Assembly: GCA_963715985.1 (NCBI GenBank)
Contig: CAVQSP010000001.1
Coordinates: 1 to 40,432, forward strand
Length of the DNA stretch: 40,432 nt
From: an uncultured Thermoleophilia bacterium
Lineage (GTDB): Bacteria > Actinomycetota > Thermoleophilia > UBA2241
Direction: 5' to 3'
Shown in pieces: positions 31,343 through 40,432 of the stretch. Under the pieces are notes generated by a model. That model did not search any database. It was not told the origin of the DNA and worked only from the letters and a program-made list of their open reading frames with translations. Position numbers and translations under genes: made by a program. Each line of letters begins with the position of its first letter. Position 1 is the first letter of the stretch.

Positions 31343-32027
31343 GCCGCTGCACGGCGTCGGGGTCGATCGCGCCGTCCCGGCGGCCGTCGTGGCAGGCGGC
31401 GCCGCGAAAGCCGACGATGTCCGGCGCCAGCTCGTGCAGGAGGGGCACATCGGCGGCGCGCAGCGAGCCGGCGAGCGCGCACAGCAGACGGGCCTCCCGG
31501 CAGCACGCGACGAAGCTCTCGAGTTCCACGGCGCTGAGCTCGGTGAGGAGAGTGCCTCCGGACTTCTGGGCCGTGTCGATCATGCAGCCATCCGCACCGG
31601 CCTCGGCGGCGACGGCCGGCAGCTCGCGCGGCGGGAGAGACCCGGTCCTGCGCGCGTCCGCATAGGCGGCGGCCATGACGCGCACTGCCGGGTCAGCGTC
31701 GTGGGCGGCGCGGCACACGCCGGCAAGCAGGGCAAGGGCCTGGTCGTGGTCTCGCGGACCCAGGAGCCCCACCTTGACGTACTGCACGCCGCAGCCGGCG
31801 GCGCCTGCTGCCGCGAGGGCGGCCATGCCGGGCAGATTGGGGACGTCACCGATGGCCACACTCACGGGGATGGCCGCCGGAGTGGCCCGGCGCACGGCTC
31901 GGATCACGTGCGGGACGGCGGCGCCCAGCGACCCTTCGCGGGGATCCTTGACGTCCACGATGTCCGCGTGTCCGGCCACCGCTGCATCCACTTCGTGCTC
32001 GCCGACTACGCTGATGAGCAGGTCCAC
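31317..32027 (-). CDS. mfnB: (5-formylfuran-3-yl)methyl phosphate synthase
   Basis: LLISV...E, ADIVDVK.P.EGSLGA, S.AIGD, YVKVGL, YAD, MIDT..K, ALAGSL, GFRGAAC. Confidence 0.9.
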   Translation of the reverse strand: MDLLISVVGEHEVDAAVAGHADIVDVKDPREGSLGAAVPHVIRAVRRATPAAIPVSVAIGDVPNLPGMAALAAAGAAGCGVQYVKVGLLGPRDHDQALALLAGVCRAAHDADPAVRVMAAAYADARRTGSLPPRELPAVAAEAGADGCMIDTAQKSGGTLLTELSAVELESFVACCREARLLCALAGSLRAADVPLLHELAPDIVGFRGAACHDGRRDGAIDPDAVQRLKSLIAQA

Positions 32028-32104
32028 GACGTTGTTCCCGGCCTTTCCTCGCCAGCGGCCAGACTACATGCGCCCCCGACCGTCGCACAAGCCGGGGGCT
32101 GAGC

Positions 32105-33262
32105 GTGCCGACCGCAGGCCAGAGGAGTCCATCGGCGCTCGAGGGGGCCGCCGTCGAGACCGCGACCGGCTTGATCTTCACGGTCAAGGGCATCACGCAC
32201 CCTCCGGACCGCGTCGTGGCCTACCTGCGGTACGTGCCCGACCAACGCGGCGACCGCGTGCGCGACCAGAAGCACTATCGCCGCGTGTACGGCGTCGCCG
32301 AGCAGCAGGAGGAGCTGCAGGCTCGCGGCCTCCGGTACGTCACCGACGATCCCGACCTCGGCGTGCCGGTGGAAGCCGTGCCGTGGCGGGATGTCACGCG
32401 CGTGTACGATCCGCGCGAGCGGTTCCGGAGGCTGCGCGCCGAGGGGCCGGACGACCCCCTCACGGCAGATGCACTGGGGCTTCTGGAGCTGCTGCGGGAC
32501 GCCGCGGGGGTGTCGCCGGAGGCGCTTGGGTTGACCGGCTCCCTGCTGTTCGACCTCCACGCCCCCTCCTCCGACATCGACGTCGTGGTGTACGGGGAGG
32601 ACGCCTGCCGCGACGTCCACGCTGCGCTGGGACGTTTGCTTGGCGACCCTGCGTCGGGAGTGGCGCGCCCCGACCGCGACGAGCTCGCGGCGATCCACGC
32701 GGTGCACCGCGTGGAGACGCCGCTGTCGCCTGCGGACTTCGCGCGACTGCAGGCCGGCAAGGTCAATGAAGGGCGGTTTGCCGGCCGGCCGTACTTCGTG
32801 CGCTTCGTGAAGCTGCCGGCGGACGTGCCGGAACGATACGGCGACCCGCGCTTCCTGGCTGTCGGCACGGCAGCCGTGGAGGCGCTGGTCATCGATGACC
32901 GCGACGCCCTCTTCACCCCCTGCCGCTACGCGGTGGGAGAGGCAAAGTCGCTGGCCGGGAGCCGCCTGCACGATCTGCGCGAGGTCGTGTCGTTCCGCGG
33001 GCGCTTTGCCGACCAGGCACGCGCCGGCCGGCGCGTGCGCGCCCTGGGTGAGGTGGAGCGTGTGGTCTGGCGCGACCGTCCCGAGACGACGCGTCTGGTC
33101 GTGGGGGGCCGGCCGGGCGACTATCTGCTGGCGCTGGAGGACGAGGGCGACTCTCCGGGGGCCGGCCATGGCGGCGAGCCCGGGCCGGGCGAACGCGCTG
33201 TGCCCAGGGCGGCCGATGACGGGCCGGGATGCCTGCCCCAAGGTGCGCAGCCAGGGCCGTGA
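32105..33262 (+). CDS. Predicted nucleotidyltransferase (Pol-beta superfamily, archaeal COG1665-like)
   Basis: F.VKG..HPP.R..AYLRYVP, GLTGS.L......SDIDVVVYG, V.SFRG.F..QA. Confidence 0.7.
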   Translation: MPTAGQRSPSALEGAAVETATGLIFTVKGITHPPDRVVAYLRYVPDQRGDRVRDQKHYRRVYGVAEQQEELQARGLRYVTDDPDLGVPVEAVPWRDVTRVYDPRERFRRLRAEGPDDPLTADALGLLELLRDAAGVSPEALGLTGSLLFDLHAPSSDIDVVVYGEDACRDVHAALGRLLGDPASGVARPDRDELAAIHAVHRVETPLSPADFARLQAGKVNEGRFAGRPYFVRFVKLPADVPERYGDPRFLAVGTAAVEALVIDDRDALFTPCRYAVGEAKSLAGSRLHDLREVVSFRGRFADQARAGRRVRALGEVERVVWRDRPETTRLVVGGRPGDYLLALEDEGDSPGAGHGGEPGPGERAVPRAADDGPGCLPQGAQPGP

Positions 33263-33310
33263 GCGGGGGTCGGGCGACCGCCGGTGCAGCCGGGTTTCTG
33301 TCCCCGCTCA
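33260..33310. terminator. Inverted repeat between convergent genes at the right edge of the cluster
   Basis: TGAGCGGGG (33260-33268) and CCCCGCTCA (33302-33310); each arm includes one gene's stop codon. Confidence 0.4.
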
Positions 33311-34273
33311 GTCAGCGGCAATGGCGGCGCTGGACGACTGGATGAGCCCAGCGGCGGCGCGGCACGCCTCGTCGGCGTTCGCGGCGTGAGCCACGGTGTC
33401 GATGAGGGCGCTGCCGATGATGACGCCGTCGGCGAGGCCGGCCACGGCTCCCGCCTGCTGGGGCGTCGAGATACCGAACCCCACTGCCAGCGGCGCGTCG
33501 GTGCGCGCGCGCAGACGCTGGAGCAGGCCGGGTAGCTGCGAGCCGACCTCGGCGCGGGCGCCCGTGACGCCGGTCACCGCCACGCAGTAGACGAAGCTCG
33601 TGGCCGCCGCTGCCACCAGATCGAGACGCGCGTCGGTGCTGGTGGGCGTGGCCATAGGCACGAGCGACACGCCTCGCGAGGCGGCGAGTGCGACGAGGCC
33701 GCCGTCGGGGCCTTCGGCTGCGGCGGCCTGAGCGGCCAGCGCGCGGGAGGCCGGCGAGGACGGCTCCGAGGGAGCGCTCGGCGCCTCCGGCGGCCTTGGC
33801 GGGAAGTCCGGCGCCGCCGCCTCGTCGAGGGGAAGGTCGGGGATCACCAGCGCCTCGACGCCCGATGACGCAGCACGCGTGAAGAACCTGTCCGGGCCGT
33901 AGGCGAGCACGGAGTTGACGTAGGTGAGGAGCACGAACGGCGCCGTTCCGCTGTGCGCCGCCGCGAGCTGGAAGACGTCGTCCGGCGTCACGCCCGCGAG
34001 CAGCGCCTGGTGCGTGGAGCGCTGCACCACAGGGCCATCGGCGATGGGGTCGGAGAAGGGGATGCCGAGCTCGACGATGTCGGCGCCCGCCTGCAGGACG
34101 GTGTCGATGAGGCGGTCGCAGGTGTCCAGGTCCGGGTGGCCACCGGTGAGGTACGGGATCAGGGCCGCGCGGCGCGCGCGCGGGGCCTTGAAGGCGCGCG
34201 CCAGACGCGGCGCGAGGAGGGGCGCGGTCGCGGGGCGCGAGCCGTTCGCCGAGCCGTTCGAAGGGTCGCTCAT
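33308..34273 (-). CDS. trpA: Tryptophan synthase alpha chain
   Basis: [49 protein letters not shown]; in frame within ORF 33308..35278. Confidence 0.93.
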   Translation of the reverse strand: MSDPSNGSANGSRPATAPLLAPRLARAFKAPRARRAALIPYLTGGHPDLDTCDRLIDTVLQAGADIVELGIPFSDPIADGPVVQRSTHQALLAGVTPDDVFQLAAAHSGTAPFVLLTYVNSVLAYGPDRFFTRAASSGVEALVIPDLPLDEAAAPDFPPRPPEAPSAPSEPSSPASRALAAQAAAAEGPDGGLVALAASRGVSLVPMATPTSTDARLDLVAAAATSFVYCVAVTGVTGARAEVGSQLPGLLQRLRARTDAPLAVGFGISTPQQAGAVAGLADGVIIGSALIDTVAHAANADEACRAAAGLIQSSSAAIAAD

Positions 34274-35658
34274 CGCGTGTCCTCGTGCGGATGCGCGGCG
34301 CCGGGGGGCTGGGCGCCCGGTGGCGGCACTGCGGCCGAAGGACCGGCCGGACGTGACGCGGGAGCCGCCGCCGGGATCGGCGCCGTCGCGGCGCTCGCCG
34401 GCGCTACGCCGGCGAGCAGGTGCGCGGCTTCGTGCACGTCTTTGTCTCCGCGCCCGGACAGATTCACGATCACGAGGTCGCCGGCGGCGAAGCGGGTGGA
34501 CGCGGGGTCGAACTGGGCGGCCTGGCCGTCGATGGTGAAGCGCCCGGTGGCCGACGGCGACGGGGCGGTGGCGGGGGTGGCGCTGGGGCCGCGCAGCACG
34601 TAGGCCACGGCGTGGGCGCTCTCGAGTGCCGGGATGATGCCCTCCAGTTCGGCGAGCGTGCGGAAGGCGACCAGCGCCTCCGCGTCTGTGGCCGCCGCGT
34701 ACCGGGCGCGGCCCGAGTCCTTGAGCCACGCGTGCTCGGGGCCCACACCCGGGTAGTCGAGGCCGGCCGAGATGGAGTGCGCTTCGGCCACCTGGCCCCA
34801 GGCGTCCTGCAGCAGGTAGCTGTACGACCCGTGCAGCACGCCCGGCGACCCTGCCGCCAGGGGCGCGCCGTGGCGTCCCTGCAGCCCCTCGCCGGCCGCC
34901 TCCACACCGGTGAGGCGCACGGGCAGGTTGCGGAACGCGTGGAACAGGCCCATGGCGTTGGAGCCGCCGCCCACGCAGGCCACGACCTCGTCGGGCAGGT
35001 GGCCGTACCTTTCGCGGACCTGCGAGATGGCCTCGGCGCCGATCACGGCCTGGAAGTCCCGGACCATGGCGGGGTAGGGCGCCGGCCCGGCCACCGAGCC
35101 GATGGCGTAGAACGTGTGGCCGACGTTGGTCACCCAGTCGCGCAGCGCCTCGTTCATCGCGTCCTTGAGCGTGCGGGACCCGCTCTCCACGGGGACGACG
35201 GTGGCTCCCAGGAGGCGCATGCGCACCACGTTGAGCTCCTGCCGGCGCACGTCCTCGCTGCCCATGTACACGGCGCACTCCAGGCCGAGCAGTGCGCAGG
35301 CCGTGGCGGTGGCCACGCCGTGCTGTCCGGCTCCGGTCTCGGCGATGACGCGCGCCTTGCCCATGCGCCGGGCGAGCAGCACCTGGCCGAGCACGTTGTT
35401 GATCTTGTGGGCGCCGGTGTGGCAGAGGTCCTCACGCTTGAGCAGGACGGTCGCCCCGCAACGCTCGCTCAGGCGGGTGGCGTGATACAGGGGAGTGGGG
35501 CGGCCGGCGTAGTCGGCGAGGAGGCGCGCGAGCTCGGCCTGGAAGGCCGCGTCCGCGCGCGCCTCCTCGTAGGCGCCGGTGAGCTCGTCCAGCGCCGGGA
35601 TCAGCGTCTCGGGCACGTAGCGGCCGCCGTAGGGGCCGAATCTGGTCTCCACGGTCAT
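34270..35658 (-). CDS. trpB: Tryptophan synthase beta chain
   Basis: [60 protein letters not shown]. Confidence 0.97.
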   Translation of the reverse strand: MTVETRFGPYGGRYVPETLIPALDELTGAYEEARADAAFQAELARLLADYAGRPTPLYHATRLSERCGATVLLKREDLCHTGAHKINNVLGQVLLARRMGKARVIAETGAGQHGVATATACALLGLECAVYMGSEDVRRQELNVVRMRLLGATVVPVESGSRTLKDAMNEALRDWVTNVGHTFYAIGSVAGPAPYPAMVRDFQAVIGAEAISQVRERYGHLPDEVVACVGGGSNAMGLFHAFRNLPVRLTGVEAAGEGLQGRHGAPLAAGSPGVLHGSYSYLLQDAWGQVAEAHSISAGLDYPGVGPEHAWLKDSGRARYAAATDAEALVAFRTLAELEGIIPALESAHAVAYVLRGPSATPATAPSPSATGRFTIDGQAAQFDPASTRFAAGDLVIVNLSGRGDKDVHEAAHLLAGVAPASAATAPIPAAAPASRPAGPSAAVPPPGAQPPGAAHPHEDTR

Positions 35659-36290
35659 TGAGAGGTACCTCCGGTGTGATCGGCGCCGGCCACGGCGCCG
35701 ACGAACGCGCGCAGCATGCCGGGGTCCTTGACGCCCGGTGAGCGCTCCACGCCGCTGCCGACGTCGACGGCGTAGGGTCGCAGGAGCTTGATGGCGCCGT
35801 CGACGTTGGACGGTCGCAGGCCTCCGGCCAGCACGAGGCGCTCGCGCGGCAGTCTGGCGGCCGCGAGCGCCTTCCAGTCCAGGGTGAAGCCGGTGCCGCC
35901 GTACTTGTCCGGGGTGCGCGCGTCCAGAAGGATGAAGTCGGCGGACTGCGCGCCCTCGGTGTCGGCGGCGGCGATGATGCGCGGCCGCAGGCCGCGCCGC
36001 TCCGCCGCCGCCCGCACCTCGGCCACACCCGGGCCGTCGGCGCCGGCGGAGAGCTGGAGCGCGTCGAAGCCGCCCTCTGCCACCGCCCCGGCGATCCAGT
36101 CGGGCGTCTCGGTGGTGACGACCGCCACCGACAGAGCATCACCCGTGAGTGGCGTCAGCTCGGCGCCGCGCGAGACGTCCACGTGCCGCGGGCTCTCGGA
36201 GACGATGAAGCCGCAGGCCCAGGCACCGCAGGACACGGCCAGCTTGACGTCCGCCTCGCGCGTGAGGCCGCAGATCTTGATGCGCGTCAT
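35655..36290 (-). CDS. trpF: Phosphoribosylanthranilate isomerase
   Basis: [37 protein letters not shown]. Confidence 0.92.
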   Translation of the reverse strand: MTRIKICGLTREADVKLAVSCGAWACGFIVSESPRHVDVSRGAELTPLTGDALSVAVVTTETPDWIAGAVAEGGFDALQLSAGADGPGVAEVRAAAERRGLRPRIIAAADTEGAQSADFILLDARTPDKYGGTGFTLDWKALAAARLPRERLVLAGGLRPSNVDGAIKLLRPYAVDVGSGVERSPGVKDPGMLRAFVGAVAGADHTGGTSQ

Positions 36291-37108
36291 CCGGCCTCCG
36301 GTGCCGGCACGCTGCGCAGCGCCGCGATTGCGTCGGCCAGGTGCTCGCGCGGCGTGCCGACCAGGGCCTCGCCGACGAGGATCGCCTGGGCGCCCGCGGC
36401 GCGCACGCGCTGCGCGTCGCCGGGCGAGTGGATGCCACTCTCGCTGACGAACAGCACGCAGCGCCCCATGAGGGCGCCGAGCTGTTCGCTCACGGCCAGG
36501 TCGACCTCGAGCGTGTGCAGGTCGCGGTTGTTCACGCCCATCATGGAGGCGCCGACCGCGTAGGCGCGCTCGAGGTCGTCGGGGTCGTGGATCTCGACCA
36601 GCGCGTCCAGGCCGCAGTCGTGGCACTCGTCGAGCAGCTTGCCCAGCGAACCCGAGGGCAGGGCGGCGGCGATGAGCAGCACGGCCGCCGCCCCGGCATC
36701 GGCCGCCTCCCACACCTGATACGGGTCCACGATGAAGTCCTTGCGGAGCACGGGGATGCCGACGGCGGCCGTCACCGCGCGCAGGTCCTCCATGGAACCG
36801 CCGAAGCGGTCGGGCTCGGTGAGCACCGAGATGGCGTCGGCACCCGCCCGCTCGTAGGCCACGGCTTGCGCCGCGGCGTCGAGGTCGGGGGCGATGTCGC
36901 CCTTGCTGGGCGAACGCCGCTTGATCTCGGCGATGAGGGCGAGCGGCTCCGGCAGGCCGGCCTGGCGGGCCACCTCGGCCGGCGCCGAGAGCGCTGCGCG
37001 CAGGCGTCGCGCCCGGCCGGGATGATCGGGCGGCAGCAGCGGACGGGCCTGTCGGGCGGCGTCCGCCCGGCGCGAGGAGCTCATGATCATCTCGAGCAGG
37101 AAGTCCAT
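36287..37108 (-). CDS. trpC: Indole-3-glycerol phosphate synthase
   Basis: IAEIKRRSPSKG, ISVLTE, LRKDFI, GVNNRDL, SESGI, LVGEAL. Confidence 0.95.
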   Translation of the reverse strand: MDFLLEMIMSSSRRADAARQARPLLPPDHPGRARRLRAALSAPAEVARQAGLPEPLALIAEIKRRSPSKGDIAPDLDAAAQAVAYERAGADAISVLTEPDRFGGSMEDLRAVTAAVGIPVLRKDFIVDPYQVWEAADAGAAAVLLIAAALPSGSLGKLLDECHDCGLDALVEIHDPDDLERAYAVGASMMGVNNRDLHTLEVDLAVSEQLGALMGRCVLFVSESGIHSPGDAQRVRAAGAQAILVGEALVGTPREHLADAIAALRSVPAPEAG

Positions 37109-38149
37109 CAGGCGGCGTCCTCGTCGTGCAGGCGGCGCGTGGTGGCGACGAGGGCGTCCAGCTTGGCGCGCGCGGCGCCGCTCTCGACGGCCTCGCGCGC
37201 CTTGTCGACGCCCTCGGCGATGCTCGCCGCCGCCTCGGCGATGAAGAGCGCTGCGCCGGCGTTGAGCAGCACGATGTCCAGGCGCGGTCCCGGGATGCCG
37301 GCGAGCACCGCGCGCATGTGCGCGGCGTTCTCGGCGGCATCGCCGCCGCGCAGGTCGTCGAGCCGCGCGCGGGGCATGCCGAACTCCTCCGGCGCCACCT
37401 CGTAGCGCACGTCGAAGCCCTGCCCCGCGAACACCTCCACCACGAACGTGGGGCAGGTGGTGGAGATCTCGTCGAGCCCGTCCTCGCTGTGCACGACGAG
37501 GTTACGGTCCGCGCCCATGAGCCGCACGGCGCGGGCGATGCGCTCCACGTATCGGGCGTCGGCCACGCCGATGAGCTGGTGCCGCGCGCCGGCGGGGTTG
37601 GTGAGCGGGCCGATGAGGTTGAACGTGGTGGCGATGCCGAGCTTCTGGCGCACGGGGGCCACGTGCTTCATGGCGAGGTGGTGACGGGGCGCGAACATGA
37701 ACCCGATGCCGGCCTCGGCGATGCAGCGGCTCACCTGTGCGGGGGCGATGTCGATGGCCACGCCCAGGGCCTCCAGCACGTCGGCGCTGCCGCACTTGCT
37801 GGTGGCCGAGCGGTTGCCGTGCTTGGCCACGGTCACGCCGGCCCCGGCCGCAACGAGCGCAGCCGCCGTGGAGATGTTGAACGTCTGCGCGCCGTCGCCG
37901 CCGGTACCGCAGGTGTCGAGGATGACGTCGGCGTCCACCTCGACCTTCTCGGCGAGCTCGGTCATGGCGCGCGCCATGCCGACGATCTCCTCGGCCGTCT
38001 CGCCCTTGACCCGCAGCGCGCTGAGAAAGGCGCCGGTCTGTGCCTCGCTGGCGCGGCCGCCCATGATCTCCAGGATCACGTCCCGGGCCTCATCCTCGCT
38101 GAGGTCTTCGCTGCGCGACAGCCGCTGCAGGGCGGCGCTCAGGACGGCG

Positions 38150-38814
<665 letters not shown>

Positions 38815-38818
<4 letters not shown>

Positions 38819-40334
38819 TGCGCGAACTCCTCGTGGGCGAGCTCCACGGCGCGGAGCAGGGCCGCGGCCTTGTTCCTCGTCTCTTCGAATTCCCTGGCCG
38901 GTTCGGAGTCGGCGACGATCCCGGCTCCCGCCTGCAGATAGGCTACTCCGTCTTTGACGACCACGGTACGTATGCAGAGGCAGGTGTCCAGGTCGGCGCC
39001 GTAGCTGAGGTAGCCGATGGCGCCGGCGTAGGGGCCGCGCCGCACCGTCTCGAGCTCGTCGATGATCTGCATGGCGCGCACCTTGGGGGCGCCGCTCACG
39101 GTGCCGGCGGGGAAGGCGGCCTTGAGCGCGTCGGTGGGCGTGCAGCCGTCCGCGAGCGTACCGCGCACGCTGGAGACCATGTGGATGACGTGTGAGTACA
39201 GCTCCATGCCCATGAACTCGTCGAGCCGCACGCTCCCCGGCACGCACACACGCCCCAGGTCGTTGCGCCCGAGGTCCACGAGCATCACGTGCTCGGCGCG
39301 CTCCTTCTCGTCGGCGAGCAGGTCGGCGATGAGCGCCCTGTCCTCCGCGGCGTCCGCGCCGCGCGGGCGCGTGCCGGCGATGGGCCGAGTCTCGACGTGT
39401 GTGCCCTGCACGGTGAGCAGAGGCTCCGGGCTGGAGCCGCAGAGAGCGAAGTCGTCGAAGGCGATGTAGTACATGTACGGGCTCGGGTTCACGGCTCTCA
39501 GCCCACGGTAGACCGAGAACGGCGAGACCTCCACCGGGGTGCTGAAGCGCTGGCTGAGGAGACCTGGAAGGCGTCGCCGGCGTACACGTACTGGCGGATG
39601 CGCTCGACGCCCGACTCGTACTGCTCGCGGGTCATGGACGAGGCGACCTCACGGGGGCGAGGGGCGCCGCCGCGACGCCGGGGTAGGCCCCGGCGGGGAG
39701 CGGCGCCGCCAGCTTGGCCTTCACGTCCGCGATGCGCTCCACGGCCCGCTGGTACGGGCCGTCGACGTCCCGGCCCTCCACGAACGCGTTGGCGACCACC
39801 GTGATGCGGTGCTTGAGGTGATCGAAGACGAGCACGGTGTCCGCGAGCAGGAAGGCCATCTCGGGCAGGCGCAGGTCGTCGGGCGGCGCGTCCGGCAGGT
39901 CCTCGAGGTGCCGCACGAGGTCGTAGCCGAAGTAGCCGACCAGGCCGCCGGCCACGGGGGGGAGGGCGCCGGCGGCGCCGCCCTCCGGCGGCCGGTAGCT
40001 GCTGATGAGCTCGGCGGCGGCGGCAAAGGGGTCGGCGTGCTCCACCTCGAGCCGGTCGCCGTTCTCCTGCACCGTGAGGCGCCCGTCCCTGTAGGTCACG
40101 AGCGCGCGGGCGCCCACCCCGAGGAACGAGTAGCGGCCCAGGTGCTGGCCCTGCTCCGCACTCTCCAGGAGGAAGGCGCGCCGCGGGGCGCCGAGCTTGA
40201 GGAACGCCGAGACGGGGTCTCGAGATCGGAGATGAACGAGTGGGTGACGGGCAGGACGTTATGCGCCAGTGCGAGGCGTCGCGCCTCGACTAGCTCCGGA
40301 AGAACTCGTATGTCCTTTGCCACGGGCCAATCAT
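38815..40334 (-). CDS. trpE: Anthranilate synthase component I (frameshifted in this assembly)
   Basis: SDLETP, GGLVGYFGYD, NPSPYMY, SSPE, PIAGTRPRG, EH.MLVDLGRND, GTVSGAPK, AGAGIVADS; GGAGGT RBS before ATG at 40334. Confidence 0.9.
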
Positions 40335-40432
40335 GTGACACCTCCGGTGACCACTTGGGCCCAACGTCGCCTGCTTGCCGGTCCGGCAAGCGGCCTTGGA
40401 ACCTTAGGCAGCGGGGTCGCGGCTGTCAAGCG

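Larger units (their letters stand above)
6777..33262. other. H4MPT/methanofuran-type C1 metabolism gene cluster
   Basis: Contiguous block of C1-transfer and cofactor-biosynthesis genes between tRNA-Val and the trp operon. Confidence 0.92.

Noticed and set aside
6777-33262. Methanogenesis or methane oxidation
   Set aside because: No mcr, mtr, mer or methane monooxygenase genes in the window.
40290-40334. 14-aa Trp-containing ORF (MIGPWQRTYEFFRS) at the trpE start as an attenuator leader peptide
   Set aside because: One extra C in the GGCCC run puts this ATG in frame with trpE; only one Trp codon and no terminator seen.

Overview
High-GC bacterial window, probably Actinomycetota (inferred from composition and housekeeping genes, not proven). 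The left flank holds the prfB 3' end, a GNAT acetyltransferase, an internally deleted proline-iminopeptidase remnant, an adenosine deaminase, a PAS-GGDEF cyclase, an NAD-dependent epimerase, a DEAD-box helicase and tRNA-Val(GAC). The right flank is a trpEGDCFBA operon on the minus strand. Between them (about 6.8-33.3 kb) is a ~26.5 kb tetrahydromethanopterin (H4MPT)/methanofuran-type C1 cluster: fwdD-B-C, fwdA, ftr, a second fwdC, mch, an NAD(P)-type mtd, and pterin and furan cofactor biosynthesis genes. The clearest discovery is in fwdB: an in-frame UGA sits at the catalytic Cys position (SSL-U-HGPS) and is followed by a bacterial SECIS-like hairpin, pointing to a selenocysteine, Mo/W-type formylmethanofuran dehydrogenase rather than the redox-inactive Fhc of aerobic methylotrophs. 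No fae is present; the main operon instead opens with an uncharacterised DUF2180-DUF2193-aquaporin module behind an attenuator-like leader. Many genes, including trpE, carry single-base frameshifts that look like long-read assembly errors. Family assignments come from motif recognition by eye; no searches were run.
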